Below, piece by piece: positions 37,585 to 47,954 of a stretch of 64,000 nucleotides of DNA (within the stretch, counting starts at the first letter, position 1; the number at the start of each line of letters is the position of its first letter). The stretch comes from Gammaproteobacteria bacterium (GTDB lineage: Bacteria > Pseudomonadota > Gammaproteobacteria > UBA4575), in NCBI GenBank assembly GCA_965214675.1, contig OZ243969.1, positions 1,666,482 to 1,730,481 of the forward strand. The letters run 5' to 3'. Made by a program: the position numbers and the translations under genes. A model generated the notes under the pieces. The model made no database searches and was not told the DNA's origin. It worked only from the letters and a program-made list of their open reading frames with translations.

Positions 37585-38541
37585 TCAGGTGTATGCCGAC
37601 GTCGTGGTATGCAGTTCCAGGCTTCCGGTCAATGCATTGACATCGGGCAGATCATTGTTGTCGAGGTGCTCTGCGATACCGCTGCTGATTTCCTTGCAGC
37701 ACAGTGGATCATAGAATAGGCTGGTGCCCAGGCCTACCGCGCTGGCACCCGTCATCAGGAATTCGATGGCATCGTCCGTGCACACGATGCCGCCCTGGCC
37801 GATGATCGGAATCTTGTGTGGCTTGCACACCTGGTATACCTCGTGCACTTTCAGCAATGCGATTGGCTTGATTGCCGGACCGGACAATCCCCCCTGGTTG
37901 TTGTGCAGTACGGGTCGTCGGGTTTCTATATCAATGGCCATGCCCATGACGGTATTGATCACTGCAAAGGCATCACTGCCTGCCTCGATGCAGCGTTTTG
38001 CATTGTGCTGGATATCTGTCTGGTTAGGAGATAGCTTGGTGATCAGCGGTTTTTTGGTGACTTCGCGACAGGCTTCAACCACGCGTGCCGACATGTCCGG
38101 GTCATTACCGAAAGCGACCCCGCCTTCCTTGACGTTCGGGCAAGATATGTTGATTTCAATCGCATCGATCGGCGAGTCGTCAAACCTGCGCGTAACCTCC
38201 CGGTACTCCTCGACCGTTGAGCCCGAAACATTGGCAATGAAACGGGTTTGTGAGAAATCAAGCTTGGGCAGGATCTCTCTCACAACGGCGTCCACGCCGG
38301 GATTCTGCAAACCGATGGCATTCAGCATGCCGTTGGTCGTTTCAGCCAGGCGGTGCGGGTCATTGCCTAGGCGCGGCTCAAGGGTCGTGCCTTTCAGGCA
38401 GATCGCACCTGCATCCCGGTTGGAAAATCCCTCTATGCGGGTATATTCATCGCCGAATCCGACGCATCCGGACAGCAGGACCAGGGGGGAAGCAAGTTTC
38501 AGGCCGCAAAAATCGACCTTGAGTCTGTGATCGTCGTTCAT
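37585..38541 (-). CDS. Dihydroorotate dehydrogenase-family flavoprotein (class 1 DHOD / PreA-like)
   Basis: TIM-barrel DHOD motifs NVSCPN, GG.SG and IIG.GGI; 318 aa. Confidence 0.6.
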   Translation of the reverse strand: MNDDHRLKVDFCGLKLASPLVLLSGCVGFGDEYTRIEGFSNRDAGAICLKGTTLEPRLGNDPHRLAETTNGMLNAIGLQNPGVDAVVREILPKLDFSQTRFIANVSGSTVEEYREVTRRFDDSPIDAIEINISCPNVKEGGVAFGNDPDMSARVVEACREVTKKPLITKLSPNQTDIQHNAKRCIEAGSDAFAVINTVMGMAIDIETRRPVLHNNQGGLSGPAIKPIALLKVHEVYQVCKPHKIPIIGQGGIVCTDDAIEFLMTGASAVGLGTSLFYDPLCCKEISSGIAEHLDNNDLPDVNALTGSLELHTTTSAYT

Positions 38542-38609
38542 GCCTGGCGCCCAGGGTTCACATCATTTCACTCGTGCCCGTGCACTGCCTAGCCGCACAG
38601 GTATCCAGT

Positions 38610-39605
38610 TCATGCAAGCTCGACTTTCATATCACGGCTCAACAGCTCGGATACGGCACTTTCAAGCGCAGTATCCCCGTTCAGCACATGCCACACTTGT
38701 GAGCAGATCGGCATATCCACCTGGTGATTCTGTGCGACCCGGTGCACCACCTGGGCTGCATGAAATCCTTCCACAGCCTGTCCAAGTTCTTCCATGTATT
38801 GTTGTGCGGTTGTTCCTTGTGCGAGGGCCAGCCCGAGGCGGCGGTTACGGGACTGGTCATCGGTGCAGGTCAGCACTAGGTCACCGACACCTGAAAGACC
38901 CATCAGGGTCTTTGGTTCAGCACCCAGACAATGTCCCAACCGCATCATTTCAGCAAGACCACGTGTGACCAGTGCAGCCCGTGCGTTGGCCCCGAATCCA
39001 AATCCATCGGCGATGCCGGTGGCAATGGCCAGTACGTTCTTGATTGTACCACCCAATTCGACACCGATAATGTCCTCACTGGTGTAGACGCGAAAAGTGC
39101 TGCTGTGAAAATAATCCGCAAGCTCTTTTGCAAAGGCCAGATTTTTGGCAGCCAGAGTAATCGCAGCCGGCAACCCGCTGGCTACTTCGGCGGCAAAAGA
39201 CGGTCCGGACAACACGGCCTTTTTGACCTGATCTCCCAGTACCCGGGTAACCACTTCATGCATCAACAGGCCGTCGGGCTTCTCGAACCCTTTTGTTGCC
39301 CAGACCAGTTTTCCGGGAATATGCACCGTTGCGAGTTGTTCGCACACGGCCCTCATGGCATAGCTCGGGACAGCTACGAGAACAAAATCAGCGTGCTCGA
39401 GGGCCGTGGATAAATCATGGTGTGCTGAGAGTGAATCCGGCAGCGGGTGATCCGGCAGGTAACGGACGTTGCAGCGCGCGCTCTGCAGGGTGTTGATCAA
39501 GTCGGTATCACAATCCCATACCTGCACCCGGTGTTTGTTTCTGGACAACTGGAGCGCAAGCGCAGTTCCCCAGGAACCAGCACCCAATACCGCAGCGATA
39601 GTCAT
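38610..39605 (-). CDS. gpsA: NAD(P)H-dependent glycerol-3-phosphate dehydrogenase
   Basis: GAGSWGTALA Rossmann start and full GpsA similarity. Confidence 0.9.
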   Translation of the reverse strand: MTIAAVLGAGSWGTALALQLSRNKHRVQVWDCDTDLINTLQSARCNVRYLPDHPLPDSLSAHHDLSTALEHADFVLVAVPSYAMRAVCEQLATVHIPGKLVWATKGFEKPDGLLMHEVVTRVLGDQVKKAVLSGPSFAAEVASGLPAAITLAAKNLAFAKELADYFHSSTFRVYTSEDIIGVELGGTIKNVLAIATGIADGFGFGANARAALVTRGLAEMMRLGHCLGAEPKTLMGLSGVGDLVLTCTDDQSRNRRLGLALAQGTTAQQYMEELGQAVEGFHAAQVVHRVAQNHQVDMPICSQVWHVLNGDTALESAVSELLSRDMKVELA

Positions 39606-39611
39606 AGTGTG

Positions 39612-40076
39612 TCAGTGTTTGGTTTGATCGGGGTGGGACTTCTGCTCTTTTTGAGCTTTCAGGTGCTGTTGATACAGCGCTTCAAAATTCACCGGGTTCA
39701 GCAGCAGTTGTGGGAAGCCCCCTTTCGCGATCAGTTCAGCGATGGATTCTCGGGCAAACGGAAACAGCGTATTGGGACAATGGCTGCCGAGCAGCTGGTT
39801 GTGCTGGTCCTGTTCGAAATTTTTGATCAGGAAAATACCTGCCTGTGTAACCTCAACGAGGAATGCCGTGCTCTCGTCCTGGGTCGCGGTTACCTGCACA
39901 GTGATGCTCACTTCAAAAAGATGCTCATCCAGCTTGGATGTTTTCGACTGGATGTGGATATCGGTCTGAGGGTTCCATTTTTCTGTGAATACTTTCGGAG
40001 AAACGGGACTTTCAAAGGAGACATCCTTGAGATAAATCTTTTGAATCTCAAATTGTTTATCCGTTTCCGCACTCAT
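39612..40076 (-). CDS. secB: Protein-export chaperone SecB
   Basis: 154 aa, canonical SecB sequence (FEIQKIYLKDVSFE). Confidence 0.9.
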   Translation of the reverse strand: MSAETDKQFEIQKIYLKDVSFESPVSPKVFTEKWNPQTDIHIQSKTSKLDEHLFEVSITVQVTATQDESTAFLVEVTQAGIFLIKNFEQDQHNQLLGSHCPNTLFPFARESIAELIAKGGFPQLLLNPVNFEALYQQHLKAQKEQKSHPDQTKH

Positions 40077-40122
40077 GAGTCTGGCAAGGTGTTCACATCA
40101 TCTGGCCGTGCCGATGGGCAGT

Positions 40123-40383
40123 TCACTGGGCGAGCAACTCATCCAGCCCGCCGGACTGATTGAGTTCGGAGAGGTCATCAAAACCGCCGACATGCTGTTC
40201 GCCAATGAAAATTTGCGGCACCGTCTGGCGTTGGGTACGTGTCATCATCTCCTCACGACGGACGGGATCCTCATCCACGTTTATCTCCGTGTATTCGACA
40301 TTTTTGCTGTCGAGCAAACGTTTTGCAGCATTGCAGTAGGCACAGCGGTTACCTGAATAGATGACAACCTTGCCGGCACTCAT
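40123..40383 (-). CDS. grxC: Glutaredoxin 3
   Basis: CAYC active site and GGFDDL motif. The ATG at 40383 is preferred over the longer track ORF. Confidence 0.8.
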   Translation of the reverse strand: MSAGKVVIYSGNRCAYCNAAKRLLDSKNVEYTEINVDEDPVRREEMMTRTQRQTVPQIFIGEQHVGGFDDLSELNQSGGLDELLAQ

Positions 40384-40805
40384 TTTTTTACAACCGGAAG
40401 TTGATCGTTTACCCAGGCCGTGATGCCACCCTTCAGGCCAAACACCTGGGAGTAGCTGTGTTTTGCGAGAATCTTGCAGGCTTGCGAGGATCGCAAACCG
40501 GTCTTGCAAAAGACCAGCACGGGCTGTTCCTTGTTTTTCGCAAGGTCGTCTGCTTTTTCCTTGAGCGCGCTGAGGGCAACATGCTTGGCATTGATAATAC
40601 TGCCCTGGCCAAACTCATTGGCCTCGCGCACATCCAGCACAAATGCGCCTTCGCGATTGATCAAGTTGACAGCTTCGGCCGGCGTTATTTCCTTGAACCC
40701 CTTGGTCGCTCGTCTGATCTCGGTCCAGAGAATCATTCCAAGGATTACCGCAAGGGCAATGAACAGGTGATAGTTCCTGATCGCAAAATCTGTAAATTCT
40801 TCCAT
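40380..40805 (-). CDS. Membrane-anchored rhodanese-domain sulfurtransferase
   Basis: N-terminal TM helix plus a rhodanese fold with active-site Cys (VFCKTGLRS). Confidence 0.7.
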   Translation of the reverse strand: MEEFTDFAIRNYHLFIALAVILGMILWTEIRRATKGFKEITPAEAVNLINREGAFVLDVREANEFGQGSIINAKHVALSALKEKADDLAKNKEQPVLVFCKTGLRSSQACKILAKHSYSQVFGLKGGITAWVNDQLPVVKK

Positions 40806-40890
40806 TCCGGGTTATTATCGGATTGTTGTGGCCTGCTCTAGGGTGGAGATTTGAGGCTACTGCGCAAATTCATGAAGCACAGGCGGGTGT

Positions 40891-41211
40891 TCAGGTGTGA
40901 TGGACCGAGCAAAATACCTGTTGCATCATTTCAATCAGCTTCAGTGTGCGCTCATCTTCTACCCTGTAGTAGACGCGGTTTGCATCTTTCCGGGTCGCCA
41001 ATATACCTTTATCACGCAAGATGGCCAAATGCTGCGATATATTACTCTGGGACGTGCCTACACTGCTGACGATTTCCTGTACGCTGATCTCGCGTTTACC
41101 GAGGACACACAGGATTTTCAGTCGCAAGGGATGTGACATGGCCTTGAGCGATCTCGAGGCTTGTTCAATGTCTTTTTCCCGATGGAGGAGTTCTTCGGCG
41201 CTTATGCTCAC
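40891..41211 (-). CDS. ArsR/SmtB-family transcriptional regulator
   Basis: wHTH LKILCVLGKREISVQEIVSSVGTSQSNISQHLAILRDKG; 106 aa. Confidence 0.75.
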   Translation of the reverse strand: MSISAEELLHREKDIEQASRSLKAMSHPLRLKILCVLGKREISVQEIVSSVGTSQSNISQHLAILRDKGILATRKDANRVYYRVEDERTLKLIEMMQQVFCSVHHT

Positions 41212-41326
41212 AATACGTTCTCAGGAGAATTCGATCCCCATGTTTGCTTATAGAGATATAGTATAAGCTAATATTATAAATGTCTAATACATTAATGAAA
41301 GCGTTGGCCCACGCAGGAGTGCAGCA

Positions 41327-42637
41327 GTGAGAAGCACACTCAAAAGGGGGCGAATGCAGGTCGTGATGTTGGTCGGTATTGCGGTATGTACAGCTTCCGT
41401 ATCAGCGGTATCCACCCAGCAGGACCTGGAGCAAAAGCTGGCCCGGGTTCAAACGCAAATTCAAGCCAGCCAGTTCAAGATAGAGAGACACCGCGGCGAG
41501 GCCGGGACTCTGGAGACTGAACTGCGCGAGTTTGAACGCAAACTCGGTCAACTGAATCATCAACTGGGTAAAACCGAGTCCGCACTGAAGCGCCATCGTG
41601 CACAAGTCAAGACTTTGGAGTCCAGGAAACAGGGCTTGCTGGAGCAGCTGTCCCGTCACCGCAATGTCCTGTATGCACAGCTGAGATCCGAGTATCTGTA
41701 TGGCGGCCGGGAAAAGCTGAAACTGCTGCTCAACCAGGAGGAGCATGCCAAGTTGGGGCGCACCCTGGTGTTTTACGACTACCTGCACCGCGCCCGTGTA
41801 CGCGAAATCGAAGAAGCCAATACGATCCTGCAGGATGTCCACCAGGTGCAGGATGAAATCGGGGAAGAGCAAAGGGTGGCGACCCGAACGCGCACACTTG
41901 TGCTTGATCAAAAACAGGAAATCAGCGCACAGCAGATGAAACGAAAGGACGTGCTTGCACGCATCCAGGCACGGGTCAGCGATGAGCAGGCCCGGCTTGC
42001 CAATCTTGAGATCAGCAGGCAGCAGCTCCAGGAACTTCTGGATGAACTGCAGGCAGCCCTGATCAACATTCCCTATATCGACCAGGGTCAGGATTTTCGA
42101 AAGGTGAAAGGCAAGTTATTCTGGCCTGTGGCCGGAAAACCCAGCAACCGGTTTGGCCAAAAACGAAAATTCTCCCGCCGCACCCTGTATTGGCAGGGCG
42201 TGTTTATACCGGGAAAGACCGGCAACGACGTGTACAGCATTTTTCACGGACGCGTAGTGTTTGCGGAATGGATGCGGGGTCTGGGGCTTTTGACGATTAT
42301 TGATCACGGCAATGGATACATGAGCCTGTACGGGCACAGTCAAAGTCTGTACAAGCGACCGGGCGAATGGGTCAAGGCGGGTGAGCGCATCGCCTCGGTA
42401 GGCAACAGTGGCGGTCACAGCCGTACCGGTGTGTATTTCGAGATCCGCAGACACGGCAAACCCGTGAATCCAAGCTCTGGTGCAAGAAACCGGCTCCATC
42501 CGGCCAGACGAGTTGATCTGCCGCGATGCATGAGCACCTGCAGCGCGCACCTGGTGGCTTGCGTGCCGGTATTTTCGTTTCATAATAGGGGTATGATTGG
42601 ACGGAGTTGGACCGTGGAGACTGGCCATGAAATTTAA
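41327..42637 (+). CDS. envC: Murein hydrolase activator EnvC-like: coiled coil plus a LytM/M23 domain
   Basis: Signal peptide, long coiled coil, C-terminal M23 domain (GNGYMSLYGHSQSL...GNSGGHSRTGVYFEIRRHGKPVNP), followed by an about 45-aa tail that overlaps the ctpA start. Confidence 0.7.
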   Translation: MRSTLKRGRMQVVMLVGIAVCTASVSAVSTQQDLEQKLARVQTQIQASQFKIERHRGEAGTLETELREFERKLGQLNHQLGKTESALKRHRAQVKTLESRKQGLLEQLSRHRNVLYAQLRSEYLYGGREKLKLLLNQEEHAKLGRTLVFYDYLHRARVREIEEANTILQDVHQVQDEIGEEQRVATRTRTLVLDQKQEISAQQMKRKDVLARIQARVSDEQARLANLEISRQQLQELLDELQAALINIPYIDQGQDFRKVKGKLFWPVAGKPSNRFGQKRKFSRRTLYWQGVFIPGKTGNDVYSIFHGRVVFAEWMRGLGLLTIIDHGNGYMSLYGHSQSLYKRPGEWVKAGERIASVGNSGGHSRTGVYFEIRRHGKPVNPSSGARNRLHPARRVDLPRCMSTCSAHLVACVPVFSFHNRGMIGRSWTVETGHEI

Positions 42638-43952
42638 GCAATCCTTGAGCCTGTGGCTGATACTGGGCATCACCCTCAGCCTGTCTGCCGGTCTGATTCA
42701 TACGGTTTGGGCAGACAAGCAACAGATCGCTTCACTACCTCTCGATGAGCTGCGCACATTCACAGATATCTACGCAAGAATCAAAAAGGATTACGTCACT
42801 GAAGTCGATGACAGTGAACTTTTGAACAATGCAATCCGTGGCATGCTATCCGGTCTTGATTCACACTCTTCCTTTCTGGACGCAGAACAGTTTCGTGAGC
42901 TTCAGATTGGCACGTCAGGTGAGTTTGGCGGGCTGGGCATCGAGGTCGGGATGGAAAACGGTTTCGTCAAGGTCATTGCTCCCATCGATGATACACCCGC
43001 ACAACGTGCCGGGGTGCAGCCAGGTGACTTGATCATCAAGCTGGATGATCAACCGGTAAAAGGACTGAACCTGGAAGAGGCCGTCGGGCTCATGCGCGGC
43101 AAGATCGGGTCAGCGATCGACCTGACGATTGTACGCGAAGGGGAAGATGTTCCTTTGCAGATGACCATCATGCGCGCCATGATCCGTGTACGCAGTGTGC
43201 GCAGCCGGGTGCTGGAACCGGGTTTTGGCTATGTGCGCATTTCGAATTTTCAATCCAAGACCACGAGTGGACTGCATGAGGCGATTGAAAGCCTGAAAAC
43301 AAAGAACAAAGGCGAGTTGAAAGGCCTGGTGCTGGATTTGCGCAATAATCCCGGCGGGTTGCTGACCGGTGCCGTCGGCGTCTCGGATGTCTTTCTACAG
43401 GATGATGCACTGATCGTTTATATCAAGGGGCGAGCGGGTGATGCAGAATTGAAATACTCGGCAAGTACAGATGACTTGCTGGCAGGCGCACCGCTGGTGG
43501 TACTGATCAACCAGGGTTCTGCGTCTGCCTCGGAAATCGTTGCCGGTGCCATGCAGGACCACAAGCGTGCCACCATCCTGGGCACCACTTCTTTTGGCAA
43601 GGGTTCCGTGCAGACCATATTGCCACTCAGGGACAACACCGCACTGAAACTGACAACGGCACGCTACTACACTCCTTCTGGGCGCACGATCCAGGAACAG
43701 GGAATCGTGCCGGATATCCTGCTGAAGTCCCCGGATGACGATGAAAACAAGGACAGGACTGTCCATGAGTCCATGGAAGCAGTATTGCAATCCCTATCAG
43801 AGGATGAAGGCGAAATTCCCGCAGAAACACGTGAACCTGCAACGGTCATCCTTTTGCCAAAACGTGCAGAAGGCGATACGACGGACCATGAACTGGATGA
43901 AGCGCTCAGGCACCTGAAGACCCTGGCAGGCCCGTCCGTGGCAGCCAATTAG
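42627..43952 (+). CDS. ctpA: Carboxy-terminal processing protease (S41)
   Basis: PDZ domain plus S41 catalytic region (GGLLTGAV, TSFGKGSVQ). Start taken at the ATG at 42627 (MKFKQSLSLW...). Confidence 0.85.
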   Translation: MKFKQSLSLWLILGITLSLSAGLIHTVWADKQQIASLPLDELRTFTDIYARIKKDYVTEVDDSELLNNAIRGMLSGLDSHSSFLDAEQFRELQIGTSGEFGGLGIEVGMENGFVKVIAPIDDTPAQRAGVQPGDLIIKLDDQPVKGLNLEEAVGLMRGKIGSAIDLTIVREGEDVPLQMTIMRAMIRVRSVRSRVLEPGFGYVRISNFQSKTTSGLHEAIESLKTKNKGELKGLVLDLRNNPGGLLTGAVGVSDVFLQDDALIVYIKGRAGDAELKYSASTDDLLAGAPLVVLINQGSASASEIVAGAMQDHKRATILGTTSFGKGSVQTILPLRDNTALKLTTARYYTPSGRTIQEQGIVPDILLKSPDDDENKDRTVHESMEAVLQSLSEDEGEIPAETREPATVILLPKRAEGDTTDHELDEALRHLKTLAGPSVAAN

Positions 43953-44045
43953 GCAATGCAGTGGGCAATGGGTCATCAGCTTTCAAAAGCCCGCGGCCAG
44001 AAGATACAATGAATCACAGCCAAGACCAGTTCAACAGGTGACCTC

Positions 44046-44597
44046 ATGCAAACCGTTCTTATTCCACTTGCCGAGGGTTTTGAAGAGCTTGAAGCGGTAA
44101 CCATTATCGATTTACTGCGACGTGCAGACATCAACGTGGTTACGGCAAGTCTCGGCGATGAGACAGTTACCGGATCACGCGGCACACGGGTGGTCGCGGA
44201 CACCTCCGTGGACGAGGTCCTGGAGCAGGATTTCGATATGGTGGTGTTGCCGGGGGGACTTCCCGGCGCAGACCATCTGGATGCCGATGACCGGATTCAC
44301 AGCATCCTGCAGCGCACCGCGGACAAGGATCGCCCGATCGGTGCAATTTGCGCTGCTCCGAAAGTCCTGGCAAGCGCCGGTCTGCTGGACAATAAAAAAG
44401 CGACCGCCTACCCGGGAGCACTGGATTCGCAGGCGCTGGAAACCACCCAGATCACGGAGGCTGCCGTACAGCAGGATGGCAACATACTGACTTCCCGGGG
44501 CCCGGGTACGGCCATGGATTTCGCCTTGGAGATCATTACCTGCCTGGCAGGCGCACAAAAACGTGATGAGGTGGAAGCGGCACTGCTTCGCAGTTAA
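44046..44597 (+). CDS. DJ-1/PfpI family protein (YajL-like)
   Basis: AICAAP nucleophile-elbow motif and YajL-like length (183 aa). Confidence 0.75.
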   Translation: MQTVLIPLAEGFEELEAVTIIDLLRRADINVVTASLGDETVTGSRGTRVVADTSVDEVLEQDFDMVVLPGGLPGADHLDADDRIHSILQRTADKDRPIGAICAAPKVLASAGLLDNKKATAYPGALDSQALETTQITEAAVQQDGNILTSRGPGTAMDFALEIITCLAGAQKRDEVEAALLRS

Positions 44598-44608
44598 TCA
44601 AGACCCGG

Positions 44609-45118
44609 TTACGTGGGGTGTTTGCCGAACAGGGTGTGTGACAGGATCAGTACCACCCCCAGGAGAATCGCCGAGTCGGCAAGATTGAAGGTCGGCCAGT
44701 GACAGGTGGCATCGCTCAGGCGATAGAAAAATGGCAGGCAGGCATGGCTGGAATGGTAATACCAGTCGATGAAGTCCGTGACCTTGCCGTACAGGATACG
44801 ATCGATCACATTGCCGATCGCACCTCCAAGTATCAGCGCAAGCCCGCAAGCCAGTAGTTTCTCCCGGGCATCGAGTTTTCCAAGCCAGGCAAGGATGAAT
44901 ACACTGACTCCTATGGCAAGAGCGGACAGGAACCAGCGTTGCCAGCCTCCGGCATCACTGAGGAAACTGAATGCAGCACCTTCATTGAAGGTCAATGAAA
45001 AATTGAAATAGGGCAGCAGGGCAAGGGGCTCAAACGGAACCAGAAACAGCAGTGCCGCCTGCTTGCTGAACTGGTCGGCCAGTATGACAAGCATACTCAG
45101 CCATAGCCATTTAAGCAT
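44609..45118 (-). CDS. lspA: Lipoprotein signal peptidase II
   Basis: Conserved NxGAAF, GNxxDR and FNxAD boxes. It overlaps the ileS stop, in the classic ileS-lspA arrangement. Confidence 0.85.
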   Translation of the reverse strand: MLKWLWLSMLVILADQFSKQAALLFLVPFEPLALLPYFNFSLTFNEGAAFSFLSDAGGWQRWFLSALAIGVSVFILAWLGKLDAREKLLACGLALILGGAIGNVIDRILYGKVTDFIDWYYHSSHACLPFFYRLSDATCHWPTFNLADSAILLGVVLILSHTLFGKHPT

Positions 45119-47945
45119 AGCAGCGTGACTCGCCCGAGCCGCCAGGCAAATTGTTCACGCAGCGCACACAAATTTCCGGATGTTGCGGGTCTTGTCCTAC
45201 ATCCTCACGGTAATGCCAGCAGCGAGTGCATTTTGGATGTGGTGACCTGCGTAACTGGATGGAGTACTCGTTGCCATCGGCATCGGCGATTCGGGTGGCC
45301 GATTTGGGCACCGGTTCATCCTGGACAAGCCTGGCACTGGACGTGATGAAAACGAAACGCAGTTCATCATTTTTTATTTTTGAAAGGTAGTCGGGAGCAT
45401 CCCAGATATTTACCTCTGCATCCAGCGATGAGCCGATTGTTTTTTCATTGCGCAGCGTCTCCAGTGCCCTGCTGATGTGCTTGCGTGTCTCTAGTATTCC
45501 CTTCCAGTCTGCATCGGTAATCCCCCCAGGCTTGCTGAACGCCTCGAGGTCATACCAGGTCTGCACGAAAATTGAATCACTTCGTTCGCCAGGCAGTTGT
45601 TGCCAGGCTTCTTCAGCGGTGAAGCTCAGGATCGGCGCTATCCAGCGAAGCAGCGCCTCGGCAATGTGGAACATGGCCGTTTGTGCTGACCGTCGCGCAC
45701 GGCTGTCCGTCTGCATGGTGTACTGTCGGTCCTTAACGATGTCGAGATAGTCACTGCCGAGTTCCAGCACACAGAAATTGTGGACCAGGGTGTAGATTCT
45801 ATGAAACTGGTAGCGTTCGTAGAGACTGACAATCTGATTCTGAAGCTCCCAGGTCTTGTGTACGACCCAGTAGTCCAGGGCAACCATGTCCCGTGGCAAG
45901 ACCTGATCCTGTGCCGGATCGAAACCGTCCAGGTTGGATAACAGGTAACGGGTCGTGTTGCGGATGCGACGATACGCATCCGAGGTGCGGCTCAGTATCT
46001 CGTCGGACACATTGAGTTCACCACCGTAGTCGGTAGCGGCTACCCAAAGACGCAAAATGTCGGCACCCAGGACATTGCAAATCTTTTGTGGTGTGACGAC
46101 ATTGCCGAGAGACTTCGACATTTTCTTGCCTTCTGCATCAACGGTGAACCCGTGCGTGAGCACCTGCTTGTAGGGAGCAATTCCGTACATGGCGACAGAG
46201 GTCTTAAGAGAAGACTGAAACCAGCCGCGATGCTGGTCAGAGCCTTCAAGATACAGGCTGACACGCTCCTTGTTTTCAAGATCCACGCCGAGTCTTTTCT
46301 GCGCCACAGCATAATGGGTCACGCCCGAATCAAACCAGACATCCAGGGTATCGGTAACCTTTCTGTAGTGGTCGCTTTCATCACCCAGCAGCTCTTTCGT
46401 ATCCAGTTCATACCAGGCGTCCATACCCTGCTGTTCAATTTTCTGTGCCACTTTCTCGATGAGACGCACCGTGTCCGGATGGGGCTCTTCCGTAGCCGTG
46501 TGTATGAAAAAGGTAATCGGGACGCCCCAGGTCCGCTGTCTTGAGATGCACCAGTCCGGGCTGCTGGCCAGCATTCCCGCAATGCGTGCCTTGCCCCATT
46601 CGGGAATCCAGTTGGCGTGCTCGATCTGTTCGTTGACCGTTTTCAGCAGATCACGTGCATGCATGCTGATAAACCACTGTGGTGTCGCACGATAGATCAG
46701 CGGGACTTTGGTGCGCCAGCAATGTGCCAGGCTGTGGTGCAGTTCGGCCTGATGCAGCAGTGTTTGCCTGTCAATCAGGACATCAATGATCTTTTGGTCG
46801 ACTTTGAAAACATGGTCCCCTGCAAACATACCGGTATGTTCTGTGAATACACCATGATCATCGACGAGGTTCAGAGTCTCCAAGCCATATTTTTTGCCCA
46901 CCTCGAAATCCTCGACACCATGATCCGGTGCGGTGTGCACGGCACCCGTACCGGTATCGACCGTGACATGCTCTCCAAGGATGATGGGTACAGACTTGTC
47001 ATAAAATGGGTGCTGCAAGTGCACGTGCTCGAGTTGCAGTCCGCGGCACTGGCCAACCACTGCATGGTGCTTGATGTCATAACGCTGCAAACAGGCATCC
47101 AGCAGGGCCTTGGCCAGCAGCAACCGCTGCTTGCCGTGTGCGCCTTCGAACTCCACAATGATGTACTCCAGCTGGGGATTGACACACACCGCCTGGTTGG
47201 CGGGCAGGGTCCAGGGTGTGGTCGTCCAGATGGCAACGGATAGGGGCCCCGTGCCGGCCAGCGTACCGACCCGCTCAGCCAACGCCCCCTCATGAACTAC
47301 GCCAAACCGCACATCGATGGCAGGCGAGGTTTTCTCTTGATACTCCACCTCGGTTTCGGCCAGTGCCGAAGCGTCCACCACGTTCCAGTAGACCGGCTTG
47401 AAGCCCCGGACGATATGACCTTTTGCATACAGCTTGCCAAGGGACCGTACGATGTCGGCCTCAAATTCGAAGTCCATGGTTCGGTAGGGCTTGCTCCACT
47501 CACCGAAAATTCCAAGCCGTTTGAAATCCTCACGCTGTTGGGTGATCTGCTTACTTGCAAACTCGCGGCAGGCTGCACGAAATTCACTCGGAGTCTTTCG
47601 CGTTCCAGCCTTGCCAATCTTTTTCTGAACCTGGTGTTCAATGGGCAGGCCATGGCAGTCCCAGCCCGGCACGTAGGGCGCGTCGTAGCCCGCCAGGGTT
47701 TTACTTTTTACAATGATATCTTTGAGGATCTTGTTGACTGCATGGCCGATGTGAATGTTGCCGTTGGCATAAGGCGGGCCGTCGTGCAAAATGAATTTTT
47801 CAGCCCCCCTGCGCGCTTTTCGGATCTGCTGATAAACGTCCCTGTGTTCCCATTCCTTCAGCATCTTGGGTTCTCGCTGGGCCAGGTTTCCCCTCATGGG
47901 GAACGCGGTCTTGGGCAGGTTCAGGGTATCTTTGTAGTTACTCAT
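45111..47945 (-). CDS. ileS: Isoleucine--tRNA ligase
   Basis: 944 aa, with HIGH ([11 protein letters not shown]) and KMSKS motifs and a C-terminal Zn finger. Confidence 0.95.
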   Translation of the reverse strand: MSNYKDTLNLPKTAFPMRGNLAQREPKMLKEWEHRDVYQQIRKARRGAEKFILHDGPPYANGNIHIGHAVNKILKDIIVKSKTLAGYDAPYVPGWDCHGLPIEHQVQKKIGKAGTRKTPSEFRAACREFASKQITQQREDFKRLGIFGEWSKPYRTMDFEFEADIVRSLGKLYAKGHIVRGFKPVYWNVVDASALAETEVEYQEKTSPAIDVRFGVVHEGALAERVGTLAGTGPLSVAIWTTTPWTLPANQAVCVNPQLEYIIVEFEGAHGKQRLLLAKALLDACLQRYDIKHHAVVGQCRGLQLEHVHLQHPFYDKSVPIILGEHVTVDTGTGAVHTAPDHGVEDFEVGKKYGLETLNLVDDHGVFTEHTGMFAGDHVFKVDQKIIDVLIDRQTLLHQAELHHSLAHCWRTKVPLIYRATPQWFISMHARDLLKTVNEQIEHANWIPEWGKARIAGMLASSPDWCISRQRTWGVPITFFIHTATEEPHPDTVRLIEKVAQKIEQQGMDAWYELDTKELLGDESDHYRKVTDTLDVWFDSGVTHYAVAQKRLGVDLENKERVSLYLEGSDQHRGWFQSSLKTSVAMYGIAPYKQVLTHGFTVDAEGKKMSKSLGNVVTPQKICNVLGADILRLWVAATDYGGELNVSDEILSRTSDAYRRIRNTTRYLLSNLDGFDPAQDQVLPRDMVALDYWVVHKTWELQNQIVSLYERYQFHRIYTLVHNFCVLELGSDYLDIVKDRQYTMQTDSRARRSAQTAMFHIAEALLRWIAPILSFTAEEAWQQLPGERSDSIFVQTWYDLEAFSKPGGITDADWKGILETRKHISRALETLRNEKTIGSSLDAEVNIWDAPDYLSKIKNDELRFVFITSSARLVQDEPVPKSATRIADADGNEYSIQLRRSPHPKCTRCWHYREDVGQDPQHPEICVRCVNNLPGGSGESRCYA

Positions 47946-47954
47946 CAGCGGGAT

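Noticed and set aside
41212-41326. ArsR operator in the arsR/envC divergent region
   Set aside because: The region is AT-rich with several TATA-like half sites, but I could not define a clean 12-2-12 inverted repeat.
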